Assembly: GCA_963714975.1 (NCBI GenBank)
Contig: CAVQQD010000002.1
Location: 238,209 to 262,208, forward strand
Reading direction: 5' to 3'
DNA: 24,000 nt
Source of the DNA: an uncultured Gammaproteobacteria bacterium
GTDB taxonomy: Bacteria; Pseudomonadota; Gammaproteobacteria; JAURND01
Part shown: one piece after another, positions 1 to 12,700 of the stretch
Position numbering within the stretch: position 1 is the stretch's first letter
Layout of the letters: every line of letters begins with the position of its first letter
The notes under the pieces: model-generated
What the model was told of the DNA's origin: nothing
Database searches by the model: none
The model's input: only the letters and a program-made list of their open reading frames with translations
Translations under genes and position numbers: made by a program

Positions 1-720
1 ATACAAAACATTTATTTTTGCGGTGAAAAAGCAAGTACTGATTTAATCTCTACCTTTATCGATCAAACTACGGTTAATCTTACCCATGTATACGGTCCAA
101 CAGAAAATGTCGTATTTTCTACTTACTGCGTTTTAAATAAAGATAATATAACTATTTCTCCTATCGGCAAACATTTAAATGATAAAACTCTTTATATCCT
201 TGATACCCAGCTACATCCTGCACCTATTGGCGCAATTGGCGAGTTATATATCGGTGGCGCTGGAGTCGCACGCGGTTATTTAAATCTTCCTGATTTAACG
301 GCCGAACGCTTTATCACCAATCCCTTTCAAACAGAGGATGAAAAGAAACTCGAGAAAAATGCTCGTCTATACAAGACCGGTGATTTGGTGCGTTATCTCC
401 CTGATGGCAATCTTGAATATATCGGCAGAAATGATTTTCAAGTTAAAATCCGTGGCTTTCGAATTGAGCTGGGTGAAATTGAAAATAAATTACTAGCCTA
501 TCCAGGAATCACACAAGCAGTGGTATTAGCGAGAGAACATGAAGAAACCCAGGGAAAATATTTAGTAGGTTATTATGTTGCGGAAAAATCCTTGGCGCAG
601 GACTGCATCCTTGACTATCTAAGCGGTCAATTACCCGATTATATGCTCCCCAGCAGTTTAGTGTGGTTAGACACATTGCCCTTAACCATTAATGGTAAAT
701 TAGATCGAAATGCATTACCT
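1..720 (+). other. NRPS domain: adenylation domain, C-terminal part (module n, substrate unknown)
   Basis: YGPTE at 91-105, GELYIGGAG ~241-267, GRNDFQVKIRGFRIELGEIE 424-483, NGKLDR 691-708. Only the last specificity positions are visible (Y299, C301, V322, V330, F331 by GrsA numbering), so no substrate call is made. Confidence 0.85.
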
Positions 721-3700
721 GATCCTGAGTTTACGACTCTATCCAATTATGTCGCCCCGCGCAATGATCTCGAAGCTAAAGTCTGTGCCATATATGCTGA
801 AGTTTTGCATGTACCTGTTGCCAATATTGGTATTCGAGATGATTTCTTTCGATTAGGTGGTGACAGTATTGTCAGTATTCAACTCGTCAGCCGTTTACGC
901 CAACGCTTGGGATTAACGCTTAGCGTTAAAGATATTTTTACCTACAAGACCGTCGAAAAACTTTACGATAGGTTGTTGGCAGCACAGGAATTAATCAGCG
1001 GTGAAAGAGCTGATTTAGTGCTGCGTGAAAGCGGTTTACTCTCTGGTGATCTGGGGCTTTTACCGATCCAAGCCTGGTTTTTCAACCACGTGACGAATGG
1101 TTTCTATCCACAACCCGGGCATTGGAATCAAGCCTTTTTAATCAAAACAGAGAAACTTGGCCCCGCATTATTAAAACATAGCTTGGTAAAATTAATCGAG
1201 TATCACGATGCCTTCAGATTAAATTATCGCTTAACCGATGCAGGTGATTACCAACAATACTACAATCCAAGCATTAATGATAAAAACCTAGATTTTGCTT
1301 ATTTGGACATAACACCTTTCACCAATCCTGACAAATACCAACGTATTTTAACCGATTGGCAAAGTCATTTTGCATTATTCAGTGATTCGCCCTTGTATCA
1401 AATAGGATATCTGGAAAATTATCCTGATGGCAGTAGCCGTATTTTTGTCGCGCTCCATCATTTATTAATCGATGCCGTTAGTTGGCGCATCATTACTCAT
1501 GATTTACATGAACTGTATGAAAAATTAAGTGCTGCAGAAATAAATAATCAACTCGATCAAGTCATGCAACAAAGCAGTGAAACTTTACTCGGTAAAAAAG
1601 GCACTAGCTATCGTCAATGGGTAGAACAAGTGCACGCGTATGCGCATCACTCCGATGAGCAAGAATATTGGCTAACGCAATTATCCGATCTTGCCGCCAT
1701 GGAACAGCAATTAACCAATTTAGTCGTAAGTGAGACTACGAGAAACTACGTGCAATGGAGTTTGGATCGAGAAAATACTCGACGATTACTCACCGAAAGC
1801 AATCGTGCTTATCACACTGAAATCAACGATTTATTATTAACGAGTTTTGCTCGGGCATTGGTCGAATTAACCCAACAAGAAATTCATCATATTATTACCT
1901 TAGAAGGCCATGGTCGCGAAGAAATTGCACCACACCTTGATATTACGCGGACGGTAGGTTGGTTTACTACTTTGTACCCCGTTAAATTGGCAATACACCC
2001 AGAAAGTATGGCAAAATCTATTGTGCAGGTGAAAGAACATTTGCGCAAAATTCCACACAAGGGCATTGGTTATGGCGCCTTATTAGGCTATATCAATCAT
2101 CCCTTACCTCGCATCAGTTTTAATTATCTTGGCCAACTTAATGCCGGCATAGAGCAAGCTCATTGGCATATCACCGGTGAACCTTGCGGCATCACCATCG
2201 TTCCGGAAAATCCAGACCCTAATATCATTAATGCCAATGGTATAGTCACTCAAGGTGAACTACGATTTATCATAGCAGCTAAAATCAGTCAGCAAAATTT
2301 AGCACGATTTGCTGAGGCTTTTAAACAACAATTACTCTCACTGATTCAGTATACCGTCGACTTGCCACGAACGTATTTAACTGCGAGTGATATTGACGAT
2401 ATTATCAGTCAAGATTATTTAGATAAAATCCAGGATACGCGTGAAATCAGCCACGTCTATCTCGCCAATAGTTTACAGCAGGGATTTGTTTATCATGCCT
2501 TAAGTCAAGAATTAGATACTGCTTATCGCGTGCAGATCGTATTTCATTACCACAATCCTTTAGAGCCCGAATTGTTACGCATGGCTTGGCAAGGAGCATT
2601 GCACAAATATCCTGCTTTAAGACTACGATTTTCCTGGGATGAAGCCTTAGTGCAAATCATCGATCAGCATCAAGAGTTACATTGGCAATATAGCGATATC
2701 AGTGCACAAACATCAGAGTTACAAGAACAATTTATTCATGACTTAGTCAGCCAAGATCGTCAACATCCGTATCATTTAGATCAAGGGCATTTGTTGCGGA
2801 TTTTCCTAATCAAGCAAGGAGAGACACACTATACCTGTCTTTTCAGCTGCCATCATGCCATTCTTGATGGTTGGAGTAATCCTATCTTGCTGGGTTTTGT
2901 GCATGATTTGTATGAGCAACTGTATGCTAACCGCACTAACAGCACAGCACAAGCACGCATTTTATCCACAATTCAAGAAGAAACCGCCTACCCTTTAAGC
3001 CAGGCTTATTGGCAAAAAACTGATGTAGCTAGTCAAGCGTTTTGGCAACAGGAAATAGCGCGCATTACTGACCATGCGAATTTAAATGGCCTACTTCGCC
3101 CTGAGAAACGAAGCGTGCGTTTAGCAGAATATCGGTTTATTGAACATAAATCAGAGGTAGCTAGCAAAATTCAAGGACCGTTGTATCAAGCCATCAAAGC
3201 ATATTGCTCTGAGCTTGGGGTAACGGTGAATACCGTACTGCAATATGGGTGGCATAAATTGCTGAGTGTGTATGGCAATAGCCCTATTACGGTGGTGGGC
3301 ACCACAGTTTCAGGACGAAATTTACCCATTGATCATATTGAAAAATCAGTGGGTTTATATATTAATACCTTACCGTTAATCCTTGAACATGAGGATGATA
3401 AAACGATTGCCGCTCAAATAACCCTACTTCAAAACAAAATTAATGAGATCAATAGTCATAGTGCGATCAGCTTAGCGAAATTACAACACTCGGATAGCAG
3501 ATTATTTGACAGTTTATTTGTTTTTGAAAACTATCCCGTTCCACAAAAAATTGCAGACCGTGTACTTAAAGTCAGTGGCTTTCGCGGTACCGAGGAGCTG
3601 GATTATCCTTTGGCAATCATCGCCTACGAACAAGCGGAAACTCTCCAGATTAATCTAAAATATGCAAGAGAGTTATTTAGTCAAGCAACCATTACCACTT

Positions 3701-6700
3701 TATTACATAATTTAGAATTCGTGTTATACCAAATCACGGTCAGCAAAATAGCACAACCCAAAAGTCTTAACTATCTTGACTCAGACAATTACCAAAAAAT
3801 TATTTATGAGTGGAACCAAACGGAAAAAGATTACCCTGCTGATAAAACTATTCAGCAATTATTCGAAGCACAAGTCGAGAGAACGCCCGAACATATTGCT
3901 GTAGTCTTTGAAAATACTCAGCTTACCTACCACGAACTCAATGCTAAATCCAACCAACTCGCGCATTATTTACAGCAGACCTATCAGCCACAAGCCGATG
4001 ATTTAATTGCGCTATGCTTGGATCGCAGCGCACAGATGATTATCACTATTTTAGCGGTGTTAAAAGCGGGTGCCGCCTATGTGCCAATTGATCCTGGCTA
4101 TCCAGAGGAACGTATCCAGTATATTTTGCAAGATACCGACACAAAATTAGTGCTGGCTAATGTTAACCATTACGATAAATTAATTCATATAATTGAATGC
4201 GTGAGTAATAACCAATTGCCGATCCATACCGAAGCTATTGATAGTCCGGAGTTTTCCAACAAATTAAACGCGTATCAAGAAACCAATCTCAAGCAACATG
4301 TTCATAGTACTAATTTAGCTTATGTGATTTATACGAGTGGCACTACCGGAAAACCAAAGGGAGTATTACAGCAACATAATAACGTTCATCGACTATTTTC
4401 AGCAACAGAGGAACTATACCATTTTCACAGCAATGATGTATGGACGCTATTTCATTCCTACATTTTCGATTTTAGTGTATGGGAAATTTGGGGCGCTTTA
4501 TTTTATGGTGGCAAACTGTTCATCCCAAGCTACGAACAAACTAGGGATATAAGCTTATTTTATCAACTCTGTGATCAGTATGGCGTAACAGTGTTGAATC
4601 AAACTCCCACCGCCTTTTATCAATTGATCAATGCAGCTAGCGCTAACCCTCATCATCGCTTAGCTAGCCTACGATATGTTATTTTTGGTGGCGAAGCCCT
4701 GAATTTATCACAATTACTGCCTTGGTTTAATGTTTATGACTATGATAAACCCAGGTTAGTAAACATGTACGGCATAACCGAGACTACTGTCCATGTAACT
4801 TATAAACTAATACAAGCAGAAGATCTAGGAAATAGTTCCTATATAGGAGAACGGCTACCTGATCAAAAAATATATATCGTCGATGCTGACCTTAAGCCAA
4901 TACCTATTGGCGCAATTGGCGAGTTATATATCGGTGGCGCTGGAGTCGCACGCGGTTATTTAAATCTTCCTGATTTAACGGCCGAACGCTTTATCACCAA
5001 TCCCTTTCAAACAGAGGATGAAAAGAAACTCGAGAAAAATGCTCGTCTATACAAGACCGGTGATTTGGTGCGTTATCTCCCTGATGGCAATCTTGAATAT
5101 ATCGGCAGAAATGATTTTCAAGTTAAAATCCGTGGCTTTCGAATTGAGCTGGGTGAAATTGAAAATAAATTACTAGCCTATCCAGGAATCACACAAGCAG
5201 TGGTATTAGCGAGAGAACATGCAGAAACCCAGGGAAAATATTTAGTAGGTTATTATGTTGCGGAAAAATCCTTGGCGCAGGACTGCATCCTTGACTATCT
5301 AAGCGGTCAATTACCCGATTATATGCTCCCCAGCAGTTTAGTGTGGTTAGACACATTGCCCTTAACCATTAATGGTAAATTAGATCGAAATGCATTACCT
5401 GATCCTGAGTTTACGACTCTATCCAATTATGTCGCCCCGCGCAATGATCTCGAAGCTAAAGTCTGTGCCATATATGCTGAAGTTTTGCATGTACCTGTTG
5501 CCAATATTGGTATTCGAGATGATTTCTTTCGATTAGGTGGTGACAGTATTGTCAGTATTCAACTCGTCAGCCGTTTACGCCAACGCTTGGGATTAACGCT
5601 TAGCGTTAAAGATATTTTTACCTACAAGACCGTCGAAAAACTTTACGATAGGTTGTTGGCAGCACAGGAATTAATCAGCGGTGAAAGAGCTGATTTAGTG
5701 CTGCGTGAAAGCGGTTTACTCTCTGGTGATCTGGGGCTTTTACCGATCCAAGCCTGGTTTTTCAACCACGTGACGAATGGTTTCTATCCACAACCCGGGC
5801 ATTGGAATCAAGCCTTTTTAATCAAAACAGAGAAACTTGACCCCGCATTATTAAAACATAGCTTGGTAAAATTAATCGAGTATCACGATGCCTTCAGATT
5901 AAATTATCGCTTAACCGATGCAGGTGATTACCAACAATACTACAATCCAAGCATTAATGATAAAAACCTAGATTTTTCTTATTTGGACATGACACCTTTC
6001 ACCAATCCTGACCAATACCAACGTATTTTAACCGATTGGCAAAGTCATTTTGCATTATTCAGTGATTCGCCCTTATATCAAATAGGATATCTGGAAAATT
6101 ATCCTGATGGCAGTAGCCGTATTTTTGTCGCGCTCCACCATTTATTAATCGATGCCGTTAGTTGGCGCATCATTACTCATGATTTACATGAACTGTATGA
6201 AAAATTAAGTGCTGCAGAAAAAAATAATCAACTCGATCAAGTCATGCAACAAAGCAGTGAAACTTTACTCGGTAAAAAAGGCACTAGCTATCGTCAATGG
6301 GTAGAACAAGTGCACGCGTATGCGCATCACTCCGATGAGCAAGAATATTGGCTAACGCAATTATCCGATCTTGCCGCCATGGAACAGCAATTAACCAATT
6401 TAGTCGTAAGTGAGACTACGAGAAACTACGTGCAATGGAGTTTGGATCGAGAAAATACTCGACGATTACTCACCGAAAGCAATCGTGCTTATCACACTGA
6501 AATCAACGATTTATTATTAACGAGTTTTGCTCGGGCATTGGTCGAATTAACCCAACAAGAAATTCATCATATTATTACCTTAGAAGGCCATGGTCGCGAA
6601 GAAATTGCACCACACCTTGATATTACGCGGACGGTAGGTTGGTTTACTACTTTGTACCCCGTTAAATTGGCAATACACCCAGAAAGTATGGCAAAATCTA

Positions 6701-9700
6701 TTGTGCAGGTGAAAGAACATTTGCGCAAAATTCCACACAAGGGCATTGGTTATGGCGCCTTATTAGGCTATATCAATCATCCCTTACCTCGCATCAGTTT
6801 TAATTATCTTGGCCAACTTAATGCCGGCATAGAGCAAGCTCATTGGCATATCACCGGTGAACCTTGCGGCATCACCATCGTTCCGGAAAATCCAGACCCT
6901 AATATCATTAATGCCAATGGTATAGTCACTCAAGGTGAACTACGATTTACCATAGCAGCTAAAATCAGTCAGCAAAATTTAGCACGATTTGCTGAGGCTT
7001 TTAAACAACAATTACTCTCACTGATTCAGTATACCGTCGACTTGCCACGAACGTATTTAACTGCGAGTGATATTGACGATATTATCAGTCAAGATTATTT
7101 AGATAAAATCCAGGATACGCGTGAAATCAGCCACGTCTATCTCGCCAATAGTTTACAGCAGGGATTTATTTATCATGCCTTAAGTCAAGAATTAGATACT
7201 GCTTATCGCGTGCAGATCGTATTTCATTACCACAATCCTTTAGAGCCCGAATTGTTACGCATGGCTTGGCAAGGAGCATTGCACAAATATCCTGCTTTAA
7301 GACTACGATTTTCCTGGGATGAAGCCTTAGTGCAAATCATCGATCAGCATCAAGAGTTACATTGGCAATATAGCGATATCAGTGCACAAACATCAGAGTT
7401 ACAAGAACAATTTATTCATGACTTAGTCAGCCAAGATCGTCAACATCCGTATCATTTAGATCAAGGGCATTTGTTGCGGATTTTCCTAATCAAGCAAGGA
7501 GAGACACACTATACCTGTCTTTTCAGCTGCCATCATGCCATTCTTGATGGTTGGAGTAATCCTATCTTACTGGGTTTTGTGCATGATTTGTATGAGCAAC
7601 TGTATGCTAACCGCACTAACAGCACAGCACAAGCACGCATTTTATCCACAATTCAAGAAGAAACCGCCTACCCTTTAAGCCAGGCTTATTGGCAAAAAAC
7701 TGATGTAGCTAGTCAAGCGTTTTGGCAACAGGAAATAGCGCGCATTACTGACCATGCGAATTTAAATGGCCTACTTCGCCCTGAGAAACGAAGCGTGCGT
7801 TTAGCAGAATATCGGTTTATTGAACATAAATCAGAGGTAGCTAGCAAAATTCAAGGACCGTTGTATCAAGCCATCAAAGCATATTGCTCTGAGCTTGGGG
7901 TGACGGTGAATACCGTACTGCAATATGGGTGGCATAAATTGCTGAGTGTGTATGGCAATAGCCCTATTACGGTGGTGGGCACCACAGTTTCAGGACGAAA
8001 TTTACCCATTGATCATATTGAAAAATCAGTGGGTTTATATATTAATACCTTACCGTTAATCCTTGAACATGAGGATGATAAAACGATTGCCGCTCAAATA
8101 ACCCTACTTCAAAACAAAATTAATGAGATCAATAGTCATAGTGCGATCAGCTTAGCGAAATTACAACACTCGGATAGCAGATTATTTGACAGTTTATTTG
8201 TTTTTGAAAACTATCCCGTTCCACAAAAAATTGCAGACCGTGTACTTAAAGTCAGTGGCTTTCGCGGTACCGAGGAGCTGGATTATCCTTTGGCAATCAT
8301 CGCCTACGAACAAGCGGAAACTCTCCAGATTAATCTAAAATATGCAAGAGAGTTATTTAGTCAAGCAACCATTACCACTTTATTACATAATTTAGAATTC
8401 GTGTTATACCAAATCACGGTCAGCAAAATAGCACAACCCAAAAGTCTTAACTATCTTGACTCAGACAATTACCAAAAAATTATTTATGAGTGGAACCAAA
8501 CGGAAAAAGATTACCCTGCTGATAAAACTATTCAGCAACTATTTGAAGAGCAAGTCGAGAGAACGCCCGAACATATTGCTGTAGTCTTTGAAAATACCCA
8601 ACTCAGCTATCGTGATCTTAATGCCAAAGCCAATCAATTAGCTCACTACCTAAGGCACAAATATCCAATTCAAGGCGATGACTTAATTGCTTTGTGTTTA
8701 GAACGCAATGAACAGATACTCACTAGCATCTTAGCTGTGCTAAAAACTGGGGCTGCCTATGTGCCAATTGATCCAGATTATCCTGACGAAAGAATCAACT
8801 ATATTTTGGCAGATACAGCTACGCATTTGATCTTAACCAATGAAAATTCGCAAATGAAGCTAAGTGCCATTATAAACCATCATTCCTTACAAACACGAGT
8901 AGAGGCTATTGATAGTCCTGAGTTATACAACAAATTAAATGCTTATCAAGCAACAAATCCCACGCCGCCTATTCATAGTACTAATTTAGCTTATGTGATT
9001 TATACCTCAGGTTCTACCGGTCAACCTAAAGGGGTATTGATCAAACATGGAAGTTTGATCAATGCATTGCAGGCGGTAGATGCGATGATTCAAGTTTCCA
9101 GCCATGACCGCTTCTTGGCTTTAACGACATATACATTTGATATTTCTGGTTTGGAATTTTATTTACCTCTGCTTAAAGGAGCTACTTGCGTGATTGCTCC
9201 AGACAAAGCCAGAATAGATATGACTGTTCTTAAACAAATTCTTCACACCAAAGCTATAACTATCATGCAAGCCACCCCAGCTACCTGGTTAATGCTTCGT
9301 CATTCAAACTGGCAAAGCAAGAAACCATTAAAAATACTTTGTGGCGGCGAAACATTAACTATGCAACTCGCTGCCTCCTTGATTGAGAATCATCATCAAA
9401 TATGGAATATGTATGGTCCAACAGAAACTACCATTTGGTCATCCTGTTGCTTATTACAGGCTGGCAAAGTTAATCCTCCACCAATTGGAAAACCACTAGC
9501 AAATACTCAATTTTACGTGCTAGATCCCCTTACAAATCCTGTACCTATTGGAGTTACCGGTGAGTTATACATCGGAGGAGATGGTCTAGCACGAGGTTAT
9601 TTAAATCTTCCTGATTTAACTGCCGAACGTTTTGTCATCAATCCATTTCAAACAGAAAATCAGAAAAAGCACGGGAAAAATGCTCGCCTATACATGACCG

Positions 9701-12700
9701 GTGATTTAGTGCGTTATTTACCTGATGGCAATATTGAATACATTGGGAGAAATGATTTCCAAGTTAAAATCCGCGGCTTTAGAATTGAGTTGGGTGAAAT
9801 TGAAAATAAATTAATAGCCTATCCAGAAATAAAACAAGCGGTAGTGTTAGTTAAGGAACATCAAACAAACAACGAAAAATACCTCGTGGGTTATTATGTG
9901 GCAGACCAGCCACTCGATGAAAATGCTGTATTAGATTATCTGCATCATCAACTTCCTGAATACATGGTGCCTAGTGTCTTGGTTTATTTAACCCAACTAC
10001 CTTTAACCATCAGTGGGAAATTAGACCGTAGCGCATTACCTGATCCAGAATTGAGTAAAATCACTGAATATGTACCTCCTCGCAATGATTTAGAACGAAA
10101 AGTCTGTGAGATCTACGCAGCAGTTTTAGGTTTACCACCTACTTCTGTGGGCATTCGGGATAATTTCTTTCGCTTAGGGGGTAATAGTATTTTAGCTATT
10201 AAGCTTGTCAGCCAATTAAATAAGCAAATTTTTTCTGACCCCTCTTTTCAAGTAGAAAAATTAATTCAAGTCGCTGAAATTTTTCGGCATAAAACTATCT
10301 TAAGTTTATTAGACAGTCTTTTAAGCGAAGACGAAAGCGAGACCATCATTATTCCTAGCCAAGGACCTATCCAAAAAGCAGGTTTATCTTTTGCCCAAGA
10401 ACGTTTATGGTTTATTGAACAGTATGAAGTTGGAAGCAATGCCTATAATATTCCATTGTTGAAAAAAATACCTGCACAAGTCGATGCTCGATTGTTGGCA
10501 CAAGCGTTACTCTCGGTTGTATCCCGCCATGAAGTATTACATAGTTTGATCAAGACTGATAGTCAGGGTAATGGTTATCAAGAAGTCATCGACTTAAATA
10601 GTTCACCATGTAACATTGCTTATCACTCGTTCTCTGATTCTGCCGCACTTAAAAAATATATTGATACCGAAATCAATCATATTTTTAATTTAAATAGCGA
10701 ATATCCCATTAGAATTCAGCTCCTAACCCAACAAGATACTGCAACAAACTATTTGTTGATCGTGGTACATCACATCGCGTTTGATGGTTGGTCAATTGAA
10801 GTATTTATGCGTGATCTGCAAGCGCTTTATCAGCACGAGCCCTTGCCAGAATTAACCATTCAATATAAAGATTTTTCCATTTGGCAAAGGAATTATTTAA
10901 CTGGAGAACGCCTAGCCCATCAATTAAATTATTGGAAAAATAAACTTAGTGATTATGCTGGATTACATCTACCCACCGATAAACCAAGACCTCCTGAAAT
11001 TAGTTACCTAGGCAACGATGTTTATTTTAGTATTGATCCAAAGACTAGCACTCAATTAAGAGAAATTGCTAAAAAGCTAGGCATCAGTTTATACAGTGTA
11101 TTACTGGCCGGATTTAATTTGCTACTAAGAAGCTACAGCAATCAAGATGATATAGTCATAGGCACTCCCATTGCCAACCGCCACCATCAACAACTCGAAG
11201 ATCTTATCGGATTTTTTGTCAATAGTCTGGCTCTGCGCAGCCAAATAAATCCCGAGCACGCATTGAATCATTACCTAGAAGAAGTGGGTCGTGATGTGAT
11301 CGGGGCACAACTGCATCAAGATCTACCCTTTGAAAAATTGGTAGAAGAACTGGAAATTCCCAAGGATCGCAGCCGTCATCCCCTGTTCCAAGTCATGTTT
11401 GGAGTACAAAGTTTTGCAACTACAACAGCTGAATTATTGGAGCCTGCTTCTTTCACACTGAATTATCCTGTAGCGAAGTTCGATTTAAGTGTTTTTCTCG
11501 ATGATAGCTACGCCGAATTAAGGGGAAATTTTAATTATGCGGAGAGTTTATTTACGAAAGAAACCATCAATATTCTCATTGCCATCTATCAACGTATTTT
11601 GTCACAATTAGCATATGAGCCATTGCTACTAATAAAAAACTTAAGTTATCTCGATGCCACGAGTTATCAAAAAATTATTTATGAGTGGAACCAAACGGAA
11701 AAAGATTACCCTGCTGATAAAACTATTCAGCAACTATTTGAAGAGCAAGTGGCACGAACCCCTGAAAATATTGCCGTAGTTTATGAAAATACTCAGCTTA
11801 CCTACCACGAACTCAATAGCAAAGCCAATCAACTCGCGCATTATCTACAACAAACCTATCAGCCACAAGCCGATGATTTAATTGCGCTATGCTTGGATCG
11901 CAGTGAACAGATGATTATCACCATTTTAGCGGTATTAAAAACTGGCGCTGCCTATGTTCCCATCGATCTTGGTTATCCCGAGGAACGTATCCAGTATATT
12001 TTGCAAGATACTGCCACCAAGCTAGTGCTGACTAATGCCAGACATCAAGATAAATTAACTCATATAATCGACGGTGTGGGTAGTTATCAATTACTGATCA
12101 ACATCGAAGCCATTGATAGTCTTGAGTTATACAACAAATTAAATGCTTATCAAGCAACAAATCCCACGCCGCCTATTCATAGTACTAATTTAGCTTATGT
12201 GATTTATACCTCAGGTTCTACCGGTCAACCTAAAGGGGTATTGATCAAACATGGAAGTTTGATCAATGCATTGCAGGCGGTAGATGCGATGATTCAAGTT
12301 TCCAGCCATGACCGCTTCTTGGCTTTAACGACATATACATTTGATATTTCTGGTTTGGAATTTTATTTACCTCTGCTTAAAGGAGCTACTTGCGTGATTG
12401 CTCCAGACAAAGCCAGAATAGATATGACTGTTCTTAAACAAATTCTTCACACCAAAGCTATAACTATCATGCAAGCCACCCCAGCTACCTGGTTAATGCT
12501 TCGTCATTCAAACTGGCGAAGCAAGAAACCATTAAAAATACTTTGTGGCGGCGAAACATTAACTATGCAACTCGCTGCCTCCTTGATTGAGAATCATCAT
12601 CAAATATGGAATATGTATGGTCCAACAGAAACTACCATTTGGTCATCCTGTTGCTTATTACAGGCTGGTAAAGTTAATCCTCCACCAATTGGAAAACCAC

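Larger units (their letters stand above)
222..3858 (+). repeat. Intragenic long repeat R1, copy a (A6-A10 + T + E + DCL-C + C-A linker)
   Basis: A base-by-base comparison with 4902-8538 (offset exactly 4680 nt) found 12 mismatches and no indels. Confidence 0.95.
4902..8538 (+). repeat. Intragenic long repeat R1, copy b
   Basis: Same comparison as for copy a. The differences lie at 5222, 5840, 5977, 5991, 6013, 6075, 6138, 6221, 6950, 7168, 7569 and 7902. Confidence 0.95.
8908..12111 (+). repeat. Tandem module repeat R2, unit 1 (3204 bp: Gly A-core + A-sub + T + LCL-C + linker + A N-terminal region)
   Basis: Offset to unit 2 is exactly 3204 nt. I counted 18 mismatches in 8908-11880 and no indels; divergence rises in the last ~230 nt. 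Confidence 0.95.

Noticed and set aside
385-387. The ORF-track start of the big NRPS ORF (TTG at 385)
   Set aside because: Frame 1 is open from nt 1 and already encodes A-domain motifs (YGPTE at 91-105, GELYIGGAG ~241-267). Position 385 is only the first start-like codon, and the true start lies upstream of the window.
4337-4552. 71-aa ORF in an alternative frame inside the Thr A domain
   Set aside because: It lies wholly within strongly supported NRPS coding sequence in another frame and has no RBS or recognisable motifs.
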